Notes: generated by a model not told the origin, from the sequence alone. A DNA stretch of 30,529 nt from an uncultured Bacilli bacterium (GCA_947624535.1 CANQKU010000001.1:1-30529), one strand, 5' to 3'; shown: positions 18,022-26,203, counted from the first letter of the stretch. Numbers and translations are program-made.

Positions 18022-18762
18022 ATGAAAAAGAAAAAAATATTATTAATTTTTTTACTAGGTTTAACCATACTACTTACAGCGTGTGGTAAAACTACTGAAA
18101 GTAAAAAAGAAGTAAAAAATAAAAACAAAAAAGAAGAAGTAGTTGAAGAAAATGAAGATAAATATCTAAAAACAATGGATATGGCAACTTTTGAAAAAGC
18201 AAGTAAATCATCAACTGATGACTTTGTAGTTTTTGCCTATGATCCAAATTTTGATAATGAGCAATATATAATAAACGAAGTAAAAGATTATATTTCTAAA
18301 AACAAAAGAGTAATTTATTTTTTAGATATAACTGACTTTGCCAATGAAAAGGTTAAAAATGTAACTGAAAGAGAAAAGAAAACTTATTATGAAAGATATA
18401 AAAAAGACATTTGTAGTAAATTTATAGAAGATCCGCTTTCTTATTATACTGAAGAAGATTGCGAAGAAGATTTTGATGACGTTGGACTTGAAGATGAAAT
18501 TCGAATGAAGTTCTTTGAAGATCATTATATTGATGATGAAGACGTTTGTGCACTTATGTATTTTCATAATAGTTCTATACTTGATACATTTAACAATTAT
18601 ATTCCTTATGGAGCATTTTCAGTATATAAAGAAGATAAGCAACAAGAAGTATTAGAAGAAGCTAACGAAAGATTACATGAGTGGCTTGATAAAGTGTATG
18701 CTCTTAGAGATGAAAAAAACATCAAAGATAAAAAAATAAAAAAAGTAACTAAAAAAGATTAG
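18022..18762 (+). CDS. Lipoprotein (246 aa), possibly thioredoxin-like fold lacking CxxC
   Basis: Signal MKKKKILLIFLLGLTILLTAC (LTAC). Alpha/beta pattern FVVFAYDP...VIYFLD...LMYFHN. Confidence 0.75.
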   Translation: MKKKKILLIFLLGLTILLTACGKTTESKKEVKNKNKKEEVVEENEDKYLKTMDMATFEKASKSSTDDFVVFAYDPNFDNEQYIINEVKDYISKNKRVIYFLDITDFANEKVKNVTEREKKTYYERYKKDICSKFIEDPLSYYTEEDCEEDFDDVGLEDEIRMKFFEDHYIDDEDVCALMYFHNSSILDTFNNYIPYGAFSVYKEDKQQEVLEEANERLHEWLDKVYALRDEKNIKDKKIKKVTKKD

Positions 18763-18782
18763 TAAATAGAAAGGAAAACTAT

Positions 18783-19295
18783 ATGAAACTTAAAAAAATA
18801 CCAGTATTGTTATTATTATGTTTAATAGTATTAACAGGGTGTAGTAGCCCAGAGCCATATAAGACAAAAAGTGAACAAGAAGCTGAAAAACAAAATAGAA
18901 CTTTTACAGGCTTTTTCGTATCCGATGAAGTAGGTGAGAATGACTCATATAAAGGAACTTATTCAGATTATATTGAGTTTAGAGATGATCATACTTTCTT
19001 TAGACAAATAGGTGGCTATATACATAAAAAAGGAACATATGAACTTGCTGATAAAGTAGATTATGAGGATGATGAGAAAGATACTAATAATGAAGTTAAC
19101 ACTGGAGATGGAAATGAAATAATAAGAGTTTACGCTGAGGGATATGAGGACAAGTTTGAAGTTTTTATAGGTAGTGAAAATTCATTAATGTATTTTCCAA
19201 AAGGTTATGATGAGGATAATCTTAGTTTGAAAAAAACATTTATGTGGCATAGAGTTGATAGTTCACAAATTGAATATGTAGAGTCAGATGACTAG
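18783..19295 (+). CDS. Lipoprotein (170 aa), beta-rich
   Basis: Signal MKLKKIPVLLLLCLIVLTGC (LTGC). TG.F...YIEFRDDHTF...GTY pattern resembles the 17516 protein. Confidence 0.8.
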   Translation: MKLKKIPVLLLLCLIVLTGCSSPEPYKTKSEQEAEKQNRTFTGFFVSDEVGENDSYKGTYSDYIEFRDDHTFFRQIGGYIHKKGTYELADKVDYEDDEKDTNNEVNTGDGNEIIRVYAEGYEDKFEVFIGSENSLMYFPKGYDEDNLSLKKTFMWHRVDSSQIEYVESDD

Positions 19296-19341
19296 AACAA
19301 AATTAATAAATAATAAATAAAAGAAGTGAGGTAGTAAAATT

Positions 19342-19953
19342 ATGGGTAGAAAGAAAAAAGTTAATGAAAAATTATGTATTATGTGTAATCAAGAAAAAGA
19401 AGATGTAAAACCACATAAACTTTTATTCTTTAATAAAAATTTATGTGATAACTGTTATCATGAAAAGATAACTTCAACAATAAAAGTAAGTGCAATTATT
19501 TCAGGTATATATATTATTCCATTATTAATTACATTTATTATTGATAGTGTAAATGGATGGGAACTAAAAATGTCGCCATTTTTTATCACATATGTAATAT
19601 TAAGTATTTTAACTTTAGGTATGTTTCATAATGGAGGTTCATCTTCTGGATATTTAGACGGTTATTTTAGTGACTATTTTATGTTTACAATAGCTGCAGG
19701 ATCAAATAAAGAACAAAATGATGCTGCAACAACTTATGTTATTTTTAAAGTTTTAGGAATTGTATTAAAAATTCTAATAGGAGCTTTATTATTACCTCTT
19801 GTTGTTGCTTATAATGTAATCATTCTAGTTAATGCAATATTAGTATTTAAAAAAGTAGCTGATAAAATTAGAATGCCAATTGTTATCGTATTATTCGTAA
19901 TACTTGCACTTGCTGCATTTTCATTAATTATGGGAATATTAGGATCATTATAA
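19342..19953 (+). CDS. Membrane protein with N-terminal CxxC...CxxC zinc-ribbon-like motif
   Basis: CIMC-x19-CDNC followed by about four hydrophobic segments. Confidence 0.75.
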   Translation: MGRKKKVNEKLCIMCNQEKEDVKPHKLLFFNKNLCDNCYHEKITSTIKVSAIISGIYIIPLLITFIIDSVNGWELKMSPFFITYVILSILTLGMFHNGGSSSGYLDGYFSDYFMFTIAAGSNKEQNDAATTYVIFKVLGIVLKILIGALLLPLVVAYNVIILVNAILVFKKVADKIRMPIVIVLFVILALAAFSLIMGILGSL

Positions 19954-19971
19954 AAGGGGTGTTGAATAAAT

Positions 19972-20619
19972 ATGAATAATAAAAGTATTAAAATATTGTT
20001 TATACTATTACTTTTAGTATGTACTTCAGCTTGCTCAAATCAAACTAAAAAAGAAGTTAAAGATAAAGAACCAAAAAAGACTGAAAAGGAAGAAACTAAA
20101 AAAGAAGTATTTAATATTAAAGGTGACTGGAAAAAAGCATATAAAGAACAACTTGATCAAATGCAAGGAGAATATTATGATGAAGAGGCATCTGAAACTA
20201 TTTCACATGATCACTATCTTCTAGTAGATATTGATAAAAATTCAGTACCTGAGTTATTTGTTCATGATGATGCATATTCACCAAGAAATATAATATATAC
20301 AATTTATACATTTGATAATAATAGTGTTTTAGAACTTGGAAGTATTATAGGAACTAACTTTGAATTTTATACTACTGATAATGATTATTTATATCAATAC
20401 TTTTTCATGCAAGGAGGGCATAGTATATATAAATATTACATAGATCCAAAACAAAAAACAATTGAAAAAGAAGAAATTGTTTCATGTTATGAATTTGATG
20501 AGAATGGTAATAACGTTGACTGTAACTATATATTAGATGAAGTTAAGCCATATGAAAATAATCAACCACAAAATCATTCAATAGATGACTATAGTGCAAT
20601 AGATGAGTATCAAAGTTAA
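19972..20619 (+). CDS. Lipoprotein (215 aa) with DxDxNxxPEL loop
   Basis: Signal ending VCTSAC, KE-rich linker, WKKAY...YLLVDIDKNSVPELFV motif seen in Firmicutes surface proteins. Confidence 0.75.
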   Translation: MNNKSIKILFILLLLVCTSACSNQTKKEVKDKEPKKTEKEETKKEVFNIKGDWKKAYKEQLDQMQGEYYDEEASETISHDHYLLVDIDKNSVPELFVHDDAYSPRNIIYTIYTFDNNSVLELGSIIGTNFEFYTTDNDYLYQYFFMQGGHSIYKYYIDPKQKTIEKEEIVSCYEFDENGNNVDCNYILDEVKPYENNQPQNHSIDDYSAIDEYQS

Positions 20620-20658
20620 TTAAATTTTATAATTAATACAGTGGAGGAAGTGGTACTA

Positions 20659-22077
20659 ATGAAAAAGAAGGATAAAAAAGATACTGTAGAAGTTAATATT
20701 AAGGAAGAAATTAAAAAAGATAAAAAGAAACCAAGAATTAAACCAAAGAAAAAATCAAAACTAAAAATAATTATTATTGTGGTAGTATGTATTCTTTTGT
20801 TAGCAGCAACAGTTTATGCGATATATTATCATAATTTAGTTTTAATTAAAGATAAGATTATCTTAGAGTCTGGTACTTCAATTAAAAATTTAGAAAAACG
20901 TTTTATAGAGAAGCAAGGTAATTTAAAAATTAAAAAGATAGAGTATACTAATTTAGATGATAAAGTAAAAGATAAAAATGAGTTAGCAACACTTGATATT
21001 TATCTAGATGCTAAAGGGAACAAGGTAGACCGTGATAAAGCTTGTGATAAAAAAGATGATGAGTATATTCTAAAAAAAGGCTATAAATTGGAGACTCATT
21101 TAATTAACGTTTATAGCTACAATGTAAAAATTATAGCTACTGATAGTAGAGTTTTCAAAAGTAAACTTATTTTAAAAGATACCCAAGCACCAAAACTTAC
21201 AGTTAAACAGTCAGTAGAAATTACTGAAGGTGATGAGATTAAAGCTGAAATGTTTTTATCAAGTTATGAAGATGCATCTAATATGGAACGTGGTGAAATT
21301 TATTTTGTTAAAGAAGTAAAAGTTGAAGAAAAAGAGAATAAAGAAAAAGATGATAAGAAAGCAGTTAAGACAACATCTAAAACTAAAACGGTAAACAATT
21401 TGGAGACTTTGTCTAACGATAAAAAAGAGACTAAAGATACTGAAAAAGAAACTAAAGTTAAGTATGAAAAATATGAACTTACTGCTGATGATAAAAAGGT
21501 TGGGGAACATGAGTTATTAGTTGTTGTAGAAGATCCATCTAAAAATGTTAGTGAACCTGCTAAGGTTAAATTAGTAGTTAAAGAAAAACCAACTGAACCT
21601 GAAGAAGAAGTAACTTCAAGTGGAAGTTCATCTAGTGGTAGAAGATATACTGGTGGTAGCAGTAGTTCAGGAGGATATTCTAGTGGAAGTAGTTCCGTAG
21701 GAACACTTCGTACTGAATATGGTAGAATCGTTACTCAAGGACAATTATTCGCATATTGGGGACCAGGAGGCTACACTCCAGCTAAAAGACAAAGTGCTGG
21801 GGCATTATTTGATAGTATTTTTCCTAATCTTCCAGACATAACAGAGTGCAATATACATTTTGGATGTGACAACCTCCTGTATGATAATGGTATCTGTGTA
21901 GACTGGGGAGATTTAGAGGACGTTTACAACAGTAATATGGAAGTTGTTGGATTATATTCAAATTTTTATATGACATATTGTCCTAAAGATGATACTTCAC
22001 ATGGATATGACTGTCCTAAATATGGTGAAGGCTATTTACTACCATCTGGCGTTGTATATTCATGGAGAAACTTCTAA
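20659..22077 (+). CDS. N-terminally anchored surface protein (472 aa): Ig-like stalk, S/G linker, Cys-containing C-terminal domain
   Basis: Lys-rich N-terminus, one TM (IIIIVVVCILLLAATVYAIYY), DTQAPKLTV and VVVEDPSKN Ig-repeat-like motifs, SSGSSSSGR linker. ATG 20659 follows GGAGGA. Confidence 0.75.
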   Translation: MKKKDKKDTVEVNIKEEIKKDKKKPRIKPKKKSKLKIIIIVVVCILLLAATVYAIYYHNLVLIKDKIILESGTSIKNLEKRFIEKQGNLKIKKIEYTNLDDKVKDKNELATLDIYLDAKGNKVDRDKACDKKDDEYILKKGYKLETHLINVYSYNVKIIATDSRVFKSKLILKDTQAPKLTVKQSVEITEGDEIKAEMFLSSYEDASNMERGEIYFVKEVKVEEKENKEKDDKKAVKTTSKTKTVNNLETLSNDKKETKDTEKETKVKYEKYELTADDKKVGEHELLVVVEDPSKNVSEPAKVKLVVKEKPTEPEEEVTSSGSSSSGRRYTGGSSSSGGYSSGSSSVGTLRTEYGRIVTQGQLFAYWGPGGYTPAKRQSAGALFDSIFPNLPDITECNIHFGCDNLLYDNGICVDWGDLEDVYNSNMEVVGLYSNFYMTYCPKDDTSHGYDCPKYGEGYLLPSGVVYSWRNF

Positions 22078-22087
22078 TAATTAACTT

Positions 22088-22115
22088 AAGATTATCAAGC
22101 TTGATAGTCTTTTTT
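22088..22115 (+). terminator. Terminator after the envelope cluster (copy A of repeated hairpin)
   Basis: AAGATTATCAA-GC-TTGATAGTCTT plus T tract. Confidence 0.7.
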
Positions 22116-22189
22116 AGCTTTTATTTGTATTATCATATTAATTTAATATAAGAATAATGTTTCATTTTACAGTAAATTTACGTAAATAA

Positions 22190-22344
22190 GTCGTAGAATA
22201 CAAGACCAATTTGCATGAGAATAAATATTGTGATATTGTGACATTAAGCATGGAGGTAATTATATAGTAGAAGATTTTGATATTAGACTAAATAATTATT
22301 ATAGTGAAAATGAATTTGATAAAGAAGAAGGAATTATTAGATGA
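22190..22344 (+). pseudogene. Possible 3' remnant of a gene formerly coupled to the MBL gene
   Basis: Frame ...YCDIKHGGNYIVEDFDIRLNNYYSENEFDKEEGIIR* ends in an ATGA overlap with the 22341 start. An 8-bp tandem duplication (TATTGTGA x2) interrupts it. No start codon with RBS. Confidence 0.35.
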
Positions 22345-23567
22345 AAGTAAAGATAATTAAGGGTACAAATCAAATAGGTGGGTGTATTACTGAAATAGAG
22401 TCTAAATCTGCTAGAATTATAATTGACTTTGGTGAAGATTTGCCTTCTGATGAGGTAAAAGATTGTCATGAAAATCCAATGATAGATGGTCTTACTACTG
22501 GTAAAAGAAAATATGATGCTGTATTTATTACTCATAGTCATGGAGATCACATTGGACTTATTGACTATATTTTAGAAGATATTTCAGTTTATGTAGAAAA
22601 AGAAAGTAAGAAAATATATGAATTATTAAATAAGTTTACTTATAAAAATACTAGATTTAAAACAACTGATATGGAATTTAATAAACCAATTACTATTAAG
22701 GATATGAAAATAACTTTATTTAGAATAGATCATTCTTCATATAATTCTGGTATGATTTTAATAGAGTCTAATGGGAAAAAAATACTTCATACAGGTGACT
22801 ATAGAAATCATGGAAGAAAGGGAGGGTTATTTACTTCTACATTAAATAAAATTGGTGAGGTAGACTTACTTATTACGGAAGGTACTACTTTTGGAAGAAA
22901 AGATGAAAAATATAAAACTGAAGAAGACTTAGAGTTACTTGCTAGTCATGAATTTAAAAAATATAATCAAATATTTATCTTACAAGCTTCAACTAATATT
23001 GATAGAATAGTAACTTTTTATAAAGCTTCTAAAAAAGCACATAAGGTATTTATAGAAGATATTTTTACTGCTAATATTACTAATATTTTAAATAGTAATA
23101 TTCCAACTCCTAAGAAGTTTAATGATGTATATGCTTGGATACCCTTAAAATATCAAGATAAGCCTAAGAAATTTAAAGATAAGTACTTTCTTCCATTTGA
23201 AGATAGATGCAACTCTATGATAGTAGCCAATGACTTTACTATGCTTGTAAAGACTTCTATGTTAAAAGATATTAAAATGTTAAAAGAAAAGGGTGTAATT
23301 ACTAATGCTTGTTTAATATATTCAATGTGGGAGGGATATCTTGAAAAGAAAAGTTTTAAAGATTTTATAGATGGCATAAAAGATTTAGGAATTTCTTTTA
23401 AAATTATACATACTTCAGGACATGGTGATAATACTGCTAGAAAAATTGTTAATGAAATTACTAAACCTAAGAAAGTTATTCCAATTCATACTGAGAATAA
23501 AGAAATAGCTAAAGAAGTATTTAAAAATGCTATTATATTAGATGATAATGAAATATTAGAAATATAG
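22341..23567 (+). CDS. RNase J-like metallo-beta-lactamase/beta-CASP nuclease (no RNase J C-terminal domain)
   Basis: GTNQIGG, IIIDFG, THSHGDHIG (HxHxDH), DHS, HTGDYR.HG, LITEGT, HTSGH, IPIHTE. Confidence 0.87.
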   Translation: MKVKIIKGTNQIGGCITEIESKSARIIIDFGEDLPSDEVKDCHENPMIDGLTTGKRKYDAVFITHSHGDHIGLIDYILEDISVYVEKESKKIYELLNKFTYKNTRFKTTDMEFNKPITIKDMKITLFRIDHSSYNSGMILIESNGKKILHTGDYRNHGRKGGLFTSTLNKIGEVDLLITEGTTFGRKDEKYKTEEDLELLASHEFKKYNQIFILQASTNIDRIVTFYKASKKAHKVFIEDIFTANITNILNSNIPTPKKFNDVYAWIPLKYQDKPKKFKDKYFLPFEDRCNSMIVANDFTMLVKTSMLKDIKMLKEKGVITNACLIYSMWEGYLEKKSFKDFIDGIKDLGISFKIIHTSGHGDNTARKIVNEITKPKKVIPIHTENKEIAKEVFKNAIILDDNEILEI

Positions 23568-23579
23568 AGGTGAATTTAT

Positions 23580-24617
23580 ATGAAAAATTATGTAATAATA
23601 AATACAAAATCAACAGGACTTCTAAATCCATTTGATAATACTACTCTTATAAAATTAGAAGCTGTTAAATTAGATCTTAACTTTAATGAACAAGCTAAAT
23701 TTTTTGAATATATAAAACCTAGTGAAGAATTATCAAAAGAAGTAGAAGACTTTACAAAAATAACTAATACTATGTTAAAAGAACAAGGTATTTCTTTAAA
23801 AGAAGCTTTAGAAAAATTTTTAGAATTTATAAAGAATTGTTGGATTATTAGTTATAATGCTAATTTTGATATTTCATTAATTACTAAAGGTATTTATGAA
23901 ACTGGTATAGAAGATCATGAAATAAATTTTATAAGTTTAAAAGAATATTTTAAATATAAGACAAAACTATGTAAGAAAATTAAATCTTGTAAATTAGAAA
24001 ATATAGCTAAATATTATGATATAAAATATAACAACTTAAATTCTGACTGGCTTATGGTAGTTACCAAGTTATTAAAAAAAGTAATGGAAGAAGAACAGGC
24101 TTTAACAATAGATGAGTTTATAGATAAGCCTATTCCAAAAATATTACTCCCAGGATTATCTAAAAAAGATACTAAAGTTAAAGTAAGATTTCATAATGGT
24201 AAGGGCTTATCTAATGTAAGAAGTATAGAGTTTATTGATAAAACAAAAAATAGAAAAGTTTCCTATCTAACAAGTTATAATGCTATAAATAGATATGATA
24301 CAACTTTTTACGAATTGATACTTTTTAGAAAATGGAATGCTATAACTATAGATGACTTTATATATATGGATCTTGATACGATAGATTATTTTGACTATTA
24401 TAGTATATATAGTAGTAGAGATTTATCAACTGACTTAGAATTAAGAGATAAAATATTAGAAAAAATTCCATATTTAGATAAATATAATATAAAGTTAGGT
24501 TGTCTAGGTAGCATTGATGAGATAAAGAAAAATTATAAAGTACTAGGTGAAGATAATTTAACTAAGTTAATTGATCATATAAAAATATTTGGTAAAGAAA
24601 AGGTTAAGGAGGATTAG
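23580..24617 (+). CDS. DnaQ/DEDDh exonuclease-like N-terminal domain with degenerate active site plus unknown C-terminal domain
   Basis: YVIINTKSTGL (vs DxETTGL), F..YIKP, KITNTML, ALEKFLEFI, YNANFD, KLENIAKYYDI. Confidence 0.75.
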   Translation: MKNYVIINTKSTGLLNPFDNTTLIKLEAVKLDLNFNEQAKFFEYIKPSEELSKEVEDFTKITNTMLKEQGISLKEALEKFLEFIKNCWIISYNANFDISLITKGIYETGIEDHEINFISLKEYFKYKTKLCKKIKSCKLENIAKYYDIKYNNLNSDWLMVVTKLLKKVMEEEQALTIDEFIDKPIPKILLPGLSKKDTKVKVRFHNGKGLSNVRSIEFIDKTKNRKVSYLTSYNAINRYDTTFYELILFRKWNAITIDDFIYMDLDTIDYFDYYSIYSSRDLSTDLELRDKILEKIPYLDKYNIKLGCLGSIDEIKKNYKVLGEDNLTKLIDHIKIFGKEKVKED

Positions 24618-24620
24618 ATT

Positions 24621-25298
24621 GTGGCAAGATATACAAAAACTGAAACAATAGAAAAGTTAAAAAATATAAAGATAAGTGAAATATATAATAGTGCGGTTAT
24701 TAACTATAAGGGTCTTACTACAGATACTAAAGAAAAATATACTGAGGTTGTTGCTAAAGAGTTGTTAGATAATCCTAGTAAATATAATTTTGACTCTATT
24801 GAAAAAATTAATAGAAATAGAGGGTATAATGTTGGTACTCATGATGGTACTTATAATGATGAAAGTAATAGACGTGAAGAAATTATTGCTGTTAAAATGT
24901 ATTCTAATAAATATCCAAGTATTGGAAAAATGTTAGATTATCAAGTACCTCTAAAAGATAAGAAATCTACTAAGGCTGGAAAAATAGATTTAATTTCATA
25001 TAATGATGATGATAAAAAACTTTATTTAATTGAATTAAAAAATGATGCTAGTGTTGAGACTTTATTAAGATGTGTTTTAGAAATTGTTACTTATGAAAGA
25101 CAAATTAATAAAGAAAAGTTAGTTAAAGATTTTAATTTAGATAGTGAAGTAGAAGTAGTTCCTGCTATTTTGATTTTTGAGGGAACTAGACCTTATGAAG
25201 ATAGAAATGATTTGTATGTTAATAAATTAATTAAAAAATATAATATTGAGGTGTTTATTGCTAAGTCAAAAGAAGTATTTACCATTGATAAAATATAA
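24621..25298 (+). CDS. PD-(D/E)xK restriction-endonuclease-fold protein
   Basis: RREE helix, YQVPL, GKIDLI (D), YLIELK (ExK), ETLLRCVLEIVTY. GTG start with GGAGGA RBS. Confidence 0.72.
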   Translation: MARYTKTETIEKLKNIKISEIYNSAVINYKGLTTDTKEKYTEVVAKELLDNPSKYNFDSIEKINRNRGYNVGTHDGTYNDESNRREEIIAVKMYSNKYPSIGKMLDYQVPLKDKKSTKAGKIDLISYNDDDKKLYLIELKNDASVETLLRCVLEIVTYERQINKEKLVKDFNLDSEVEVVPAILIFEGTRPYEDRNDLYVNKLIKKYNIEVFIAKSKEVFTIDKI

Positions 25299-25330
25299 GT
25301 CAAATATTTAGAAGTATTGAGGAATTAAAT

Positions 25331-26098
25331 ATGAATTTAATAAAAAAAGAAAAAGAAAGATCAAAAAAATATATGTTAAAGGTAGATGATGATGGATTAG
25401 TTGAATTAACTGAAGATAATGTAGCAAGAGTTGAAGCAATGATTAGTACAGACTCTAAATATAAGAATATGACTAATGCTAGTGTTAAAGATACAAGTGG
25501 CTATTGGGGAAGTGAGTTAAAGGAAATTCTTTTTAATAAAGTAGAAAAAACTAGTGATGGTCATGACTATGAAGAAATAGTAGGAGAACTTATTAAAAAA
25601 ATCGATGCTGAAAATAGTACCCATTTAAATTCTCATAAATCTACAACGAAATTTAAAATTGATGATGTCAAAGGAATAAAAAATGTTAAAGAAAGAATCT
25701 TAGAAATAGATAAACGAGATTTAGAAGAATTTTTAAAACATCCTAAGGATACAGGATATGAGTTAATAAATATAATTAATAATCCAGTTCCAGGTGAAAA
25801 TCATCATTTCTCATTTGCAACTAAATTTTGTCATTATGCTTGTCTATATTTATTTGATAATGAATATGCAGATAATTTTTCTATATATGATAATGTTTTG
25901 GAAAAAGCATTACCTAAATATGTTAAAAAATATTTGAATGAGGAAGTATCGTTTTCTAAAGAAGATTATGGTAAATATATTGATTGTATTGATAGATTAA
26001 GAAATAAATTAAAAGAGGGAGATAAAGAAAAAAATCTAGAAAAACAAGAAATTAGTAGAAATGGACTTGATCATTTGATTTGGTATTTTCATAAATGA
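25331..26098 (+). CDS. Putative HhH/Ogg-like DNA glycosylase-fold protein
   Basis: SFATKFCH...SIYDNVL...Y..YI..I..LR...LDHLIWY. The C-terminus parallels the AIIDRH and LDLYIWY motifs of archaeal-type Ogg enzymes. Confidence 0.5.
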   Translation: MNLIKKEKERSKKYMLKVDDDGLVELTEDNVARVEAMISTDSKYKNMTNASVKDTSGYWGSELKEILFNKVEKTSDGHDYEEIVGELIKKIDAENSTHLNSHKSTTKFKIDDVKGIKNVKERILEIDKRDLEEFLKHPKDTGYELINIINNPVPGENHHFSFATKFCHYACLYLFDNEYADNFSIYDNVLEKALPKYVKKYLNEEVSFSKEDYGKYIDCIDRLRNKLKEGDKEKNLEKQEISRNGLDHLIWYFHK

Positions 26099-26113
26099 GA
26101 GTAGGTTAAAATT

Positions 26114-26146
26114 AAAAAGATTATCAAATAAATTGATAGTTTTTTT
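26114..26146 (+). terminator. Terminator after the four-gene operon (copy B of repeated hairpin)
   Basis: AAAAAGATTATCAA-ATAAA-TTGATAGTTTTTTT. Confidence 0.7.
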
Positions 26147-26175
26147 ATTTATAAGGAATTTCCTCCTTATAAATA
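26146..26175. repeat. Perfect 12-bp inverted repeat, candidate IS200/IS605 left-end hairpin
   Basis: TATTTATAAGGA-ATTTCC-TCCTTATAAATA just upstream of the tnpB remnant. Confidence 0.5.
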
Positions 26176-26203
26176 ATATTTTAGAAAAAATTAAAATAAA
26201 CTA

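Noticed and set aside
17558-18113. Shufflon/invertible system or CRISPR array from the repeated blocks
   Set aside because: Only two copies, in direct orientation, inside coding signal-peptide sequence. Each gene has its own start, there is no regular spacer pattern and there are no cas genes.
21615-21700. AGT/GGT-rich repeats as a repeat element
   Set aside because: They encode the Ser/Gly linker of the surface protein.
22088-22115. Repeated hairpin as a dif/Xer site or integron attC
   Set aside because: It does not match the Firmicutes dif consensus or the attC RYYYAAC/GTTRRRY ends. The U tract fits a terminator.
22341-26098. Classical restriction-modification system
   Set aside because: No methyltransferase motifs (FxGxG, DPPY/NPPY, PC) or specificity subunit in or near the operon.
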